Shown piece after piece: positions 28,529 to 38,682 of a stretch of 57,467 nt of DNA. Made by a program: the position numbers and the translations under genes. The stretch's first letter is position 1. Each line of letters begins with the position of its first letter. The stretch comes from Gemmatimonadales bacterium (GTDB lineage: Bacteria; Gemmatimonadota; Gemmatimonadetes; Gemmatimonadales; GWC2-71-9). The notes beneath the pieces were generated by a model. The model did no database searches and was not told the origin of the DNA. It saw only the letters and a list, made by a program, of their open reading frames with translations. The stretch covers positions 1 to 57,467 of the forward strand of contig JACDBX010000045.1 of NCBI GenBank assembly GCA_013694695.1. Direction: 5' to 3'.

Positions 28529-30358
28529 TCAGGGCCGTCGGGGTCCAGCCGATTCGAGCGCGCCGATCAGTCGCAATCCCCCCGCCACCGCGCCCACCAG
28601 CAGGTCGATCACGCCGTCGCCATCGAGATCCCCCGACGCCACCGACGAGTACGCATCGGCCTTCATCGTGATCGCGGGGTCGAGCTCGAAACGGATCTCA
28701 CCATCACGGGTCGCATTGCGCCACACCCTGATGGTGCCGTCCTCCGATCCGATCAGCAGCTCGAGCGTGCCGTCGCCGTCTAGGTCCGTGAGGTGCGGAG
28801 TGCTGCGTCGGCCGACGTCGATCCCCTGGAACGCATCGCTCACCAACTCGAACTTCGGCGCGACGCGGGTGCCGATGTTCCGGTAGAGGTTGAGCGCTCC
28901 CGATGCCTCGCCGACAAGCATGTCGAGGTCGCCGTCGCCATCGAGGTCGCCCAGCGTGGGGGCGGTGTTGCTGCCCCGGGTGATCACCACCAGCCCGCTG
29001 TCCGCCAGCGTCCATGCCGGCACGACGGGGGTGCCAGTGTTCCGGTACAGCATCACCCGGTCCCGCCACGTTCCAACGACCAGGTCCTGGATGCCGTCGC
29101 CGTCGAGGTCGCCCATCGCCGGGGCGTAGTGGAACTCACCCCGGATGCCGATCGGTCCGCGCTCCCGCAGCACCGGTGCCGTGCGGGTTCCGACATTCTC
29201 GAAGTGGATCACCTCGGCGGAAGTGATATCGTCGGGGGCAATCTTGTTGCCGATCAGGAGGTCGAGGTCTCCGTCGCCGTCGAGGTCGGCAACCAGCGGC
29301 ATGCTCTCACTGCCCACGTCGACGGTCGGGATCATGCGGCTTGTCCGCACCTCGAAGCTGCCCGGTGCAATCTGCTCGAGCAGGTAGAGATTGTTGACGC
29401 TGCTCTGGCTCGGGGTGTAGGCCCCCCCGATCACGCCGATCACGACGTCGAGGTCTCCGTCGCCGTTGATGTCGCCCACCGCCGGCGCGTTGTACCCCGT
29501 GGTATTGAGCGGATTGCCTGTCGGAAAACGCTGCGGCGGGTTACGCAGGTTGGGGTGTTGGCAACTGCCGGTGTTCGAGATCAGGAGCAGGCCGGGCTCG
29601 AAGAAATCGCCCCAGAGCAGGTCGAGGTCACCGTCGGCGTCTATGTCACCGAATGCCATCGTATTCGCGCCGTGCATCGATGGCCGCTCGGGGATGATCC
29701 CCGGGCTGCCGGGTACCTGCCCGATGATCTCGATGCCCTCCCAACGCTCGGTGAGCAGGCGGAAGCGGGGGAAACCGTCGGAACCGGTGCGATCCTGTTC
29801 GTACCGGTCGATCGTACCGGTCACTCGGCCGAGGAAGAGGTCGAGCCGGCCGTTGCAGTCGATGTCGACGACGTTGAGGATGTTCTGGCGGTCGGCGAAG
29901 ATCGGCACGCCATCGGAGTCCCGCAGCGAGTCGCTCGCCACGGTAAAGTGCGGTTCGGTGCGCGAGCCCGTGTTGCGCCACGCCTTGATGTAGCCGAAAC
30001 GCGCCTCGCCGAGCAGGTCGGCGTCGCCATCGCCGTCGAGGTCGACAAACCGGTACCACTCGCCGACGTCGAGATCCTGGAACACGTCGGTTTGCCATTT
30101 CCAGGCGTCGCCCACGCGCTCGAAGAAGATCAGCTCGCCGCTGCGCTCCTGGAGAAAAAGGTCGACGTCGCCATCGCCATCGATGTCGACCAGTTGCGGG
30201 CGCGGCACATCGAATCCCCCGAGGAAGGGGTGCGGCATCTCGCGGCCCTCGCGGTCCTGCACGGCAATCGGGGCGGCGTGGGGCACGAATTGGGCACCTG
30301 CCCTCGCCGGGGCGCAGGCGCCAAGCCCGACCGCCAGCACCGCGGCCAGTCGTTTCAT
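28529..30358 (-). CDS. FG-GAP/VCBS repeat protein
   Basis: Ten D(I/L)DGDGDxD-type Ca-binding repeats; signal peptide with LGAC. Confidence 0.9.
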   Translation of the reverse strand: MKRLAAVLAVGLGACAPARAGAQFVPHAAPIAVQDREGREMPHPFLGGFDVPRPQLVDIDGDGDVDLFLQERSGELIFFERVGDAWKWQTDVFQDLDVGEWYRFVDLDGDGDADLLGEARFGYIKAWRNTGSRTEPHFTVASDSLRDSDGVPIFADRQNILNVVDIDCNGRLDLFLGRVTGTIDRYEQDRTGSDGFPRFRLLTERWEGIEIIGQVPGSPGIIPERPSMHGANTMAFGDIDADGDLDLLWGDFFEPGLLLISNTGSCQHPNLRNPPQRFPTGNPLNTTGYNAPAVGDINGDGDLDVVIGVIGGAYTPSQSSVNNLYLLEQIAPGSFEVRTSRMIPTVDVGSESMPLVADLDGDGDLDLLIGNKIAPDDITSAEVIHFENVGTRTAPVLRERGPIGIRGEFHYAPAMGDLDGDGIQDLVVGTWRDRVMLYRNTGTPVVPAWTLADSGLVVITRGSNTAPTLGDLDGDGDLDMLVGEASGALNLYRNIGTRVAPKFELVSDAFQGIDVGRRSTPHLTDLDGDGTLELLIGSEDGTIRVWRNATRDGEIRFELDPAITMKADAYSSVASGDLDGDGVIDLLVGAVAGGLRLIGALESAGPRRP

Positions 30359-31455
30359 CGCGCTCCCGCCGCGCCCGCACCGGTGGGGCCGGCGCCGAGC
30401 ATCAGCGTCTTGACCACTTCTCCATTGGTCAGGTCGATAACAGTCAGCCAGCCGTCGGTCGTGCTGGCGCCGCCCGCCATCCCGTGCATGGCGTGACCGC
30501 TCTCGCCGGGCTTGAGAGCGCCCGAATTCTGGTTTATCACGAACGCATAGCGCCCGTCAGCGCGGATGATCAGTCCGTAGGGCTGTGCCATCATCCCCGT
30601 GATCGTGCGGAGCACCGTTCCCGACGCCACATCGATCTCGGCGAGTGCGTTATCGGCGAGGACCGTGGTGAACAGAGTGCGGCCACCGGGCCGATACATC
30701 GGGTCCCACGGCTTGCCACCCGCCTGGATCTCGCGCACCGGCTGCATCGGCGGCGGTCGCGTGAGGTCGAACACGAGGACGGTGTTCGACAGCTCGCCGC
30801 CAGCCACCATCGTCCCTCCATCAGGCGAGATCGCGAACTGCACCATCGACCGTGGACCGCCAGCGATCGTGGTGAGGGTGACCCGCCCGGTGGCGACCTC
30901 GACCGAGGCGATCCGGTTCTCCGCGAGCGAAGCCGTGTGCACCCACTTGCCGTCGGGGGTGACGACCAGCGCATGTGGTCGCGGCAGCACGATCTCCTGT
31001 TCATCGACGAGTAAGAAGTTCCTGCGACTGATCACACCGAGCGAGCGCGGCGGGTTGACGGCCGTCATCGAGCGGCCGACGTAGAGCGAATCGTGCACCG
31101 GGTCGAGCGCGAGGAGCCCGGGCGTCTCCATGTTCACCTGTCCAACCAGACGGTTGGATCGGTCGAGCTTGAGCACGCGTCCATCGCCGATCAGCGACAC
31201 ATACCAGAACGAGCCGTCCGGCTCGACGGCCACGTGGTGCGGTTTCGCATTGGCGGTGAAGCCCATCGTCCGGAGGTCGAGCACCGTGTCGACCACGAGC
31301 CGTTGCTGGTCGATCACCGAGATGGTCGCGCCGCCCTGGTTCACGACGTACAGCTTGGCGCCGCCCGCGGGGGCGGGCGCCCCCGCGGGGGCACCACTGC
31401 CCCCGGCGCAGGCCGCAAGCACGAGTGCCGCGACCCCCACCAGGGTGTTTCTCAC
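30355..31455 (-). CDS. YncE/YVTN-type beta-propeller lipoprotein
   Basis: Lipobox LAAC, LYVVNQ..TISVID, PH..avtPDG blades; GTG 31455 overlaps the upstream TGA. Confidence 0.85.
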   Translation of the reverse strand: MRNTLVGVAALVLAACAGGSGAPAGAPAPAGGAKLYVVNQGGATISVIDQQRLVVDTVLDLRTMGFTANAKPHHVAVEPDGSFWYVSLIGDGRVLKLDRSNRLVGQVNMETPGLLALDPVHDSLYVGRSMTAVNPPRSLGVISRRNFLLVDEQEIVLPRPHALVVTPDGKWVHTASLAENRIASVEVATGRVTLTTIAGGPRSMVQFAISPDGGTMVAGGELSNTVLVFDLTRPPPMQPVREIQAGGKPWDPMYRPGGRTLFTTVLADNALAEIDVASGTVLRTITGMMAQPYGLIIRADGRYAFVINQNSGALKPGESGHAMHGMAGGASTTDGWLTVIDLTNGEVVKTLMLGAGPTGAGAAGAR

Positions 31456-33845
31456 GGGACGGCCTCGGTGCGATCGCGAACGAAGAACACGCCCTCGCCG
31501 ATGCTCGTCACGATAATCGTGCCACTCTTGAAGTACGGATACGTGCTCCACGCACCATTGAAGCTCGGTGAACCGTCGTCACCCGGGTGGGTGTCGATGT
31601 AGCCGACCTCCCGCGGGTTGCGCGGGTCGCTGATGTCGAGGATCCGCAGGCCCGAGGTGTAGTTGGCCTGGTACATCCGGTTTCCCTTGACGTAAAGGTT
31701 GTGGTCGATCGCGCGTGAGGTGCCGACATGTTCCTTCACCAGCACCGGATCGTCGAGGTCGCTCACGTCCCACACCAGCGTGCGGGTGCCCTTGGCTGCC
31801 TCGCCCTTGCCCGAACTCTCGTCGGCCTCATCGTTGAGGTAGTAGAAGCGGTGGTCGTCGGTGAGCCATCCCTGGTGCGCATAGCCCACGTTGGGGTAGC
31901 TCGCACGGGAGATCGCGACCGGGTTCTTCTTGTCGGTCACGTCGGCGATCGAGATCGCTGTCTCGTTCGAGCCCATGCAGATCTCGTGACCCTTGTACTT
32001 CTCGTCGGGGCCCTTGTAGGTCACGCACTGCGCGTCGTGACTGTACCCGGTTCCCGAATTGCCGGTCTTGGAATCGGAGAAGCAGCCGGCGAACGTCGGG
32101 TGCCTCGGATCGCGCACGTCGATCATGTGCAGCCCGCCACCACAGGTCTCGCCCCCCGACGAGGCGCCAACGGCGTACGCGAAGCCGCTCTCGTCATTGA
32201 GCACGATGTTGTGCGCGCTGGCGATGTTGGTGTAGTGCGCGTCGGTGGTGAACGCCTGCGGCGCGCGGACGGTGCGCAGCCGGGTGAGGTCGAAGACCTG
32301 CATCCCGTGGTCGCCGGAGTTGTCAGCCACAATGAACACGTGATTCTTGTACACCTTCATGTCGCGCCAAGCTGCCGACGGCGAGCCTTCGGTCTTCGGC
32401 AGGTCGCCGAGGTATCGCGGCGCCGACGGGTTCGACACGTCAACGAACGACGTGCCATCGGTCCGACCCAGGATCGCGTATTCCTTGCCGTTCTCGGGGT
32501 CGGTCCATCCCCAGTTGTCGTTCATACGCGTGCCACGCTTGCCGCCGATCTCGGAGATCGGCAGGAATGACAGCAGGCCGGTGTTGCCGCATTCGAACTT
32601 GTTCGCCTTCCCCTCGGCGCAGCGGACTTCGCTGCCGGTCACCCGCGCGAATTCGATCGACGGCGGGAAGAACGTGCCGCGGGCGACCCACCCGCCGGCG
32701 GGAGTGCGGGCGAGGAACTTGACCGTTCCCTCGCCACCACCATCACCCGGCATTCCGACGATGACGTTGTTGCCGTCCGACGCCATGGTGGCGCCGAACT
32801 GCGACGAGAGGTCGACGGAATCGATTGCAAGCTTGGTGAGGCCGGTCCAATTGCCGGCCTTGTCGCGATGCATCCGGTAGATCCGGCCGGTGCGATCGCC
32901 CCGCGGCGCGCCGATCCAGAGCTCGTCGCCAACCGTGGCGAACGACGAGCCGAATCCGTTGGCGCTCACCTCGAACGGCCGGACGGCTGTGCGCTCGACC
33001 CAGTTGCCGCTCTTCGCGTCGCGCTCGAAGATCACCACGTAGCCGTTGAACGATGCCGCGTTGGGTGCACCCGCCACGAGGCGGTCGCCACTGAATGCCA
33101 GCGTGGAGCCGAGCCGACCATTGTCCGGCGTGGTGCGACCGGAGACAGCGGCCTGCTGCGTCCAGGTGCCATCGCCACCGCGCTTGAAGATCAGGATCTC
33201 GCCCTTGCCGGCGTTGCGGCCGGTCGCGCCGACGGCAATCAGGTCGCCTGACGCCGCGAGCGAGGCGCCGAACGCGTCGCCCTTCGCCAGTGCCGTTCCG
33301 GGAAGAGTACCGGCGGCGCTCCAGGTGCCGTCGGAACCGCGCCGGAAGACGTGCACTGCACCGGTCGATGAGGCGGTCGGACCGGGCTGGCCCACGAACG
33401 CCCAATCACCGTTCACCAGGATCGAGGCACCGAATCCTGAACGCGCCTCGGGCGTCTCGGCGCCGAGCTTGCCAGCAGCGGTCCACTTGCCATCAGCACC
33501 GGCGCGAAACACGTGCACCCCGCCCCGCCCGCTGTCGCCCAGCTCGGCCACGAGGAGCGTGCGGCCGTCGGTCGCCAGCCCCATCCCGAATGCGGAGCCG
33601 GTTCCGCTGGCCGGCACCAGGTCGGCCCCCGCCGCCCAGCGTCCGGACGCGGCGCGGCGATACGTGTGCACCACCCCCGGCTTGCCGGCCACGAGGGGCT
33701 CGCCCACGAACGCCTGGTCCCCGGAGATAGCCACTGCCCGCCCAAAACCGGGGAGTGCGTTGTCCGGCCAGTCGCCGGTGCTGGCAACGGCGGCGCCGAC
33801 GCTCGTGACCAGCAGCGTCACGGCGAACAGACTTGCTCGCATCAT
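31452..33845 (-). CDS. choice-of-anchor B family protein with N-terminal FG-GAP propeller
   Basis: NDNWGWTDP, WRDMKVY, HGMQVFDL, SAHNI, YSHDAQC, YAHQGW, IDHN, GAWSTYPYF.SG. Confidence 0.9.
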   Translation of the reverse strand: MMRASLFAVTLLVTSVGAAVASTGDWPDNALPGFGRAVAISGDQAFVGEPLVAGKPGVVHTYRRAASGRWAAGADLVPASGTGSAFGMGLATDGRTLLVAELGDSGRGGVHVFRAGADGKWTAAGKLGAETPEARSGFGASILVNGDWAFVGQPGPTASSTGAVHVFRRGSDGTWSAAGTLPGTALAKGDAFGASLAASGDLIAVGATGRNAGKGEILIFKRGGDGTWTQQAAVSGRTTPDNGRLGSTLAFSGDRLVAGAPNAASFNGYVVIFERDAKSGNWVERTAVRPFEVSANGFGSSFATVGDELWIGAPRGDRTGRIYRMHRDKAGNWTGLTKLAIDSVDLSSQFGATMASDGNNVIVGMPGDGGGEGTVKFLARTPAGGWVARGTFFPPSIEFARVTGSEVRCAEGKANKFECGNTGLLSFLPISEIGGKRGTRMNDNWGWTDPENGKEYAILGRTDGTSFVDVSNPSAPRYLGDLPKTEGSPSAAWRDMKVYKNHVFIVADNSGDHGMQVFDLTRLRTVRAPQAFTTDAHYTNIASAHNIVLNDESGFAYAVGASSGGETCGGGLHMIDVRDPRHPTFAGCFSDSKTGNSGTGYSHDAQCVTYKGPDEKYKGHEICMGSNETAISIADVTDKKNPVAISRASYPNVGYAHQGWLTDDHRFYYLNDEADESSGKGEAAKGTRTLVWDVSDLDDPVLVKEHVGTSRAIDHNLYVKGNRMYQANYTSGLRILDISDPRNPREVGYIDTHPGDDGSPSFNGAWSTYPYFKSGTIIVTSIGEGVFFVRDRTEAVP

Positions 33846-34017
33846 CTAAACTCCTGCGAAAATTGAGGATCCTGAAGGTAATGCCGGCCTCCTGGCCGGT
33901 GCCCCGTTTTCCTACGGGCAGCGCGGCCCGGGGTTTCCGGACTGGATTTCGGGCACTGGCGGACCGACGATTAAGATTGATAAATCGGCAGGGCATCGCC
34001 CACCCCCTGGAGCCTGA

Positions 34018-35106
34018 ATGACGCAGTCGACCGAAGTGACGCCGCCCGAAAGCGCCCTCGTCACAACGCTGATCATCGAGGATGCCGACGAGGTCCGCAC
34101 CGCGCTTGCCCGCTTCCTCAAGGGACTGGGCCACGAGGTGGCGCTGGCGACCAGCAGCGCCACGGCGTTCGCGGAGCTCCGGCGCCGCAAGGTCGCCTGC
34201 ATCCTGCTCGATGTGGGGCTTCCCGACGCGTCCGGGCTCGACCTGGTGCCGAAGCTGCTCGAGGAGGAGCCCCACGCCGCCATCCTGATGCTCACCGCCG
34301 TCAACGACGCGCAGGCCGCCGCACACTGCATGCAGCGCGGTGCGATGGACTACCTGGTCAAGCCGGTCGACCTCGCCGATCTCGAGCGCGCCATCACCCG
34401 AGCCCTGGCTCGACGGCGCGACATGATCGAGCAGGCGCAGACCCAGGCATGGCTGAAGCAGGAAATCGTGCAGCGCGGCGCCGAGTTGCGGCGTGAGCGC
34501 GGCAATCTCGAGCGCGTCTCGGTCGCGACGCTTGAGGCGCTGGTCAACGCCCTCGAGGCCAAGGACTCCTACCTCCGCGGCCACTCGGCACGGATCGCCG
34601 ACCTTTCGGCCGCGGTGGCGTCGGAGATGGGGATGCACGACGAGCAGGTTGAACTGGTCCGGACTGCGGGCCGGCTGCACGACATCGGCAAGATCGGTAT
34701 CCGCGAAACCGTCCTCGCCAAGCAGGGCGCCCTCAGCGGCGACGAGTACGACCACGTCAAGACCCACGTGCTGATCGGCGCGCAGATCCTCGCCCCGCTC
34801 ACCCACCTGCGCGAGGTGATCGCCTACGTCCGTTCGCACCACGAACGTTGCGATGGCACCGGCTATCCCGACGGACTCTCGGGTGCATCGATTCCGCTCG
34901 GCGCCCGCATCCTGGGCGCGGCCGAGGTGTACGACGCCCTGACCACAGCCCGCCCGTACCAGGAAAAGATGACCCCTGCCGAGGCGGTATCGCGGATGCG
35001 CGATCTGGTGGGGACGGTGATCGATCCCAAGGTGCATGCTGCGCTCGAGGCCGTCGTGAATCGTCGCGGCGCGCTGGTTTTCATCGACGACCACCCCGCC
35101 GCCTGA
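34018..35106 (+). CDS. response regulator with HD-GYP phosphodiesterase domain (RpfG-like)
   Basis: REC domain (LLD, YLVKP), LHDIGK, HHERCDGTGYP, RPY. Confidence 0.93.
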   Translation: MTQSTEVTPPESALVTTLIIEDADEVRTALARFLKGLGHEVALATSSATAFAELRRRKVACILLDVGLPDASGLDLVPKLLEEEPHAAILMLTAVNDAQAAAHCMQRGAMDYLVKPVDLADLERAITRALARRRDMIEQAQTQAWLKQEIVQRGAELRRERGNLERVSVATLEALVNALEAKDSYLRGHSARIADLSAAVASEMGMHDEQVELVRTAGRLHDIGKIGIRETVLAKQGALSGDEYDHVKTHVLIGAQILAPLTHLREVIAYVRSHHERCDGTGYPDGLSGASIPLGARILGAAEVYDALTTARPYQEKMTPAEAVSRMRDLVGTVIDPKVHAALEAVVNRRGALVFIDDHPAA

Positions 35107-35130
35107 ACGGTCAGCGCGGCGCCGCCGCCT

Positions 35131-36138
35131 TCAGCCCGAACGTCCCGCCATTGCCCTGAGCCGTCGTACCCGCTCCTCCACTGGCGGGTGCGATGCCATG
35201 ACGTCGCCGAGCAGTCCCTTCCACCGCTGGAACCGGCGGTCGGCAGGATCGACGATGCAGAGATGTGCCGCCCCGCGACCGACGGCGGCGGTGGGCATCC
35301 GCGAGGCCTCCAATTTCTCCAGCGCGGAGGCGAGCGCCGCAGGATTTCGCGAGTACTGCGCGCCGGTGGCGTCGGCCAGGAACTCCCGCTTCCGTGATAT
35401 CGCCATCGCCACGAGACGGGAGACAAGCGGCGCGAGCACCAGCGTGGCCAGCCACGCGACCAGCACGAACGCTCCAGAGACCACGTTGCGCGATCCCCGG
35501 CCCCCCAGCGCACGGGCTGCCGACGCGCCGGTGCGTCCCGAATGCCAGAGAAATCGCCCGAGTCCGTCGGAAAGCAGCGCTATCGATCCGACCATCGCGG
35601 CGACGAGTGTCATGAGCTGGGTGTCCTGACGGGCGATGTGCGCCATTTCATGAGCCACGACCGCCTGCAGTTCGTCGCGATCCAGCGCGTCGAGCAGCCC
35701 GTCGGTAACGGCAATGGCGGCGTGGCGTGGGTCGCGACCGGTCGCGAAGGCATTGGGATCGGTATCCGGGACCAGATAGAGCGTCGGGCGGGGCATGCCA
35801 GACGCGATCACCATCTCATCGACGACGTTGATGAACTGCTGTTGCGCGGGCGTGCCGGGATGCACCAGTTCCATCGCATGGGTGGCCCACAGCACCTGCC
35901 GGTCGCCCCATTGCCATGAGGCCCACGCAAGCGCGGCAGCCACGAGTGTCGCGACGATACCGACGACCGGTGCGCCGTGGCGGTAGTCGCCCGGCGCAGC
36001 GTCGGCAGTGAGCAGATAGAGTGCCGCGTCGCCGCCGAATCCGACCCATGCAAAGAAGAAGATGAATCCGATGAGCAGCCACGACGATTTCCGCCGGTTG
36101 CTCTCCTGCTGGCTGAAGAGGTCCCCGGCAACGGGCAC
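35131..36138 (-). CDS. htpX: HtpX-like M48 zinc metalloprotease
   Basis: PNAFATG, AHEMAH, SRKREFLAD, SHPP. Confidence 0.9.
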   Translation of the reverse strand: MPVAGDLFSQQESNRRKSSWLLIGFIFFFAWVGFGGDAALYLLTADAAPGDYRHGAPVVGIVATLVAAALAWASWQWGDRQVLWATHAMELVHPGTPAQQQFINVVDEMVIASGMPRPTLYLVPDTDPNAFATGRDPRHAAIAVTDGLLDALDRDELQAVVAHEMAHIARQDTQLMTLVAAMVGSIALLSDGLGRFLWHSGRTGASAARALGGRGSRNVVSGAFVLVAWLATLVLAPLVSRLVAMAISRKREFLADATGAQYSRNPAALASALEKLEASRMPTAAVGRGAAHLCIVDPADRRFQRWKGLLGDVMASHPPVEERVRRLRAMAGRSG

Positions 36139-36144
36139 GTATGC

Positions 36145-36705
36145 TCAGCGCACCGAAATGTCGACCCGCGGCACGTCCCGCTCACCGGGATCGGTGATCT
36201 CCCACAGCTCGGCCGGCGATGCCTTCGCGAGTCCGGCCACCAGCATCGTGGGGAACTGCGCCTGGACCACGTTGTACTGCGTTGCCACGTCGTTGTAGTG
36301 CTGCCTCGCGAACGCGATCCGGTTCTCCGTGCTGGCAAGTTCTTCCTGGAGCTGGCCGACGTTGCCCAGCGCCTTGATATCGGGATACGCCTCCGCGACC
36401 GCAAACAGCCGCCCGAGTGCCTGGGTGAGTGCTCCTTCAGCCCGTGCCGTCTCCGCGACCCCTTGTGCGGACACCGCACGGGTCCGCGCCGAGATGACGG
36501 CCTCGAGAGTGTCGCGCTCGAACTGCAGCGCTCCCTTTACCGTGTCGACCAGGTTGGGAATCAGGTCGTGGCGGCGGCGGAGCTGAACGTCGATCTGCTT
36601 CCAGCCATTGGCCACCTGACCCTTCAGTCCGATCAGTCGATTGAAGGCCGAGATCACCCATAGGACGATTGCGGCGAGCACGAGAAGGAAGATCACGCTG
36701 CCCAT
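36145..36705 (-). CDS. lemA: LemA family protein
   Basis: QIDVQLRRRHDLIPNLV, AEAYP, TENRIAFARQHYN. Confidence 0.94.
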   Translation of the reverse strand: MGSVIFLLVLAAIVLWVISAFNRLIGLKGQVANGWKQIDVQLRRRHDLIPNLVDTVKGALQFERDTLEAVISARTRAVSAQGVAETARAEGALTQALGRLFAVAEAYPDIKALGNVGQLQEELASTENRIAFARQHYNDVATQYNVVQAQFPTMLVAGLAKASPAELWEITDPGERDVPRVDISVR

Positions 36706-36864
36706 CGAGGCTCCTGGATCGGGATGGTCGTGCAGTGTGGGACGGTGCGCGGAAGTATCCAGTGGGAACGCGGACGAGGCAACAGGCAGCTGACTGGCGT
36801 TTGTGCGTGCCCCCCTGGCGCATGACGGCGTCCCGTTCGCGGCGCCGACGAGCGATTGTGCCAC

Positions 36865-37293
36865 ATGTCACGCTCGGGGACCACGATTGTCGACCTGCTG
36901 CTCGCGATGATCGTGCTCGCCCTCCTGCTGGCGATTGCTGTCCCGCGGGTGGTGCAGGTCGTGGACGGCGCCGCCGTGAGGGAGGAGGCGGCGCGAATCA
37001 TCGGCGCGCTCGACGAAGCGCGGGGCGCGGCAATCCGACTCGACCGGAACGCGTCGCTGGTCCTCGGCCCGGCCCGTTGGGTGGTCTGGGTGAGGAACGG
37101 CACCGACTCCATGGTCGCGTGGCAATCCGGGGGCACCGGCAATGCCGGCGTGACGCTGAGCGGCGCGGGCGCACCGATCGTGTTCGGCCGCTCCGGGATT
37201 GCGGTGGGCGCGTCAAACCGGACACTCCTGCTCTCGCGGGGCAGCGCAAGCCGGCGGGTGACGGTTTCCCGCCTCGGGCGAATCACGCCATGA
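36865..37293 (+). CDS. FimT/GspH-like type IV (pseudo)pilin
   Basis: MSRSG|TTIVDLLL.. hydrophobic helix to AVP; AR..AI; F..SG; VTVSRLGRI. Confidence 0.72.
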   Translation: MSRSGTTIVDLLLAMIVLALLLAIAVPRVVQVVDGAAVREEAARIIGALDEARGAAIRLDRNASLVLGPARWVVWVRNGTDSMVAWQSGGTGNAGVTLSGAGAPIVFGRSGIAVGASNRTLLLSRGSASRRVTVSRLGRITP

Positions 37294-37299
37294 TGCCGC

Positions 37300-37620
37300 T
37301 CAGAGTCCGTGACGGCGGACCCGAGCCAGCAGGGTCGAGCGCGCCACGCCCAGGATGAGTGCGGCCTGGCGCTTGTTGCCGCCGGTGTGGCGAAGCACTG
37401 CTGCCACGTGACGGGCGATCGCTGCGTCGAGCGATTCCGGCACGGGGACCGCCGCGCCCTCGCTCACCACAAAATCCGGCGCCTCCGGCACCCCCGGTGG
37501 CAAGGGCGTGCGGCTGTTGTCGATCGTCACGTGGCCGGCCGCGCGCAGTGCTTCCCGCAACGCGGCAACGTCCTCTCGCGCCGAGTCGGTCACCAGGAGG
37601 AGCACATGGAGGGGGCGCAT
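37300..37620 (-). CDS. Fis-type HTH protein
   Basis: SL...HVAAVL..TGGNKRQAALILGVARSTL. Confidence 0.78.
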   Translation of the reverse strand: MRPLHVLLLVTDSAREDVAALREALRAAGHVTIDNSRTPLPPGVPEAPDFVVSEGAAVPVPESLDAAIARHVAAVLRHTGGNKRQAALILGVARSTLLARVRRHGL

Positions 37621-37656
37621 CGATCGAAGGTACAGTGCGGAGCTAGATTGGGCGAC

Positions 37657-38670
37657 ATGCTCGACTTCAAGACGATCGCCATCGGCGCCGACGTGCACCA
37701 TCCCCTGCTCCTGCTCGACGTGCTGGTCCGTTCCGGCGAGCACGCGCGGACCATCCTGGTGCTCGGCAACCGGACCGGTCGCATCGACTCCTCACCCTTC
37801 TGGGCGGGACGCGACGAAATGGTGCGGGGGCTCACCAAGGGGATGCTCGTCCAGGTCGTCGGGAAGGTGAGCAGCTACCGCGATGCGAGGCAGCTCGAGG
37901 CCGTGTCGATTCGCCCGCTGCCGCGCGGTAGCGTGCCGCTCACCGATCTGGTGCCGAGCGTGGGCGACGTCGACCGCTACTGGCAGTATCTCGACGACAT
38001 GCGCACCCGGGTCACCGCACCGCGCCTGCGCGCGGTGCTCGACCTCTTCTACAACGATGACACCTTCCGGCTCGCGTACGAACAGTGCCCCGGCTCGCCC
38101 GGGACCGGCCACCACGCCGCACTTGGTGGGTTGCTGCAGCACACCACCGAAGTGGTGCGCATCGGCGTCGCGATGGCGCGGGTGGCCCATGCCGATGCAG
38201 AGCTGGTGGCGGCGGCCGCGATGCTCCACGACATCGGCAAGATCCGGAGCTATGCGTGGGAGACCGGCGTCTTCGAGATCACCGAGCCGGGTCGGATGAT
38301 CGGTCACGTCGTGCTCGGCGCCATGATGCTGCACGACGCGATCGCGGCGTGCACCGCACCGCCCTGCACCGACGACGAGATTATGGTGCTGATGCACCTG
38401 GTCCTGTCTCACCATGGCAAGCTTGAATACGGGTCACCGGTGCGCCCGCTCACGCTCGAGGCGGACGTGCTGCATCGCGCCGACGATGCGTCGGCTGGCA
38501 CCGCGTCGATCACCGAGGCATACGATTCACCCGAGTATTTCGCGGGGGACGCGCGCGTCGCGAGTCGGGGCGTCTGGGGAGCCGACAACCGGCGGCTCAT
38601 GCGAATCACGGCAGCGTTCGGTCGACCGTCAGAGGGGGGAGAAAACGAAACGGTCGATCAGTCAGGCTGA
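37657..38670 (+). CDS. yhaM: OB-fold/HD-domain 3'-5' exoribonuclease, YhaM-like
   Basis: HHA..GGLLQHT, LHDIGK, GHV, SHHGKLEYGSPV.P, D. Confidence 0.85.
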   Translation: MLDFKTIAIGADVHHPLLLLDVLVRSGEHARTILVLGNRTGRIDSSPFWAGRDEMVRGLTKGMLVQVVGKVSSYRDARQLEAVSIRPLPRGSVPLTDLVPSVGDVDRYWQYLDDMRTRVTAPRLRAVLDLFYNDDTFRLAYEQCPGSPGTGHHAALGGLLQHTTEVVRIGVAMARVAHADAELVAAAAMLHDIGKIRSYAWETGVFEITEPGRMIGHVVLGAMMLHDAIAACTAPPCTDDEIMVLMHLVLSHHGKLEYGSPVRPLTLEADVLHRADDASAGTASITEAYDSPEYFAGDARVASRGVWGADNRRLMRITAAFGRPSEGGENETVDQSG

Positions 38671-38682
38671 TCGACCGTTTCG
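38642..38682 (-). terminator. intrinsic terminator, minus-strand polarity
   Basis: Perfect 16-bp stem 38646-38661/38667-38682, followed by TTTT on the minus strand. Confidence 0.75.
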
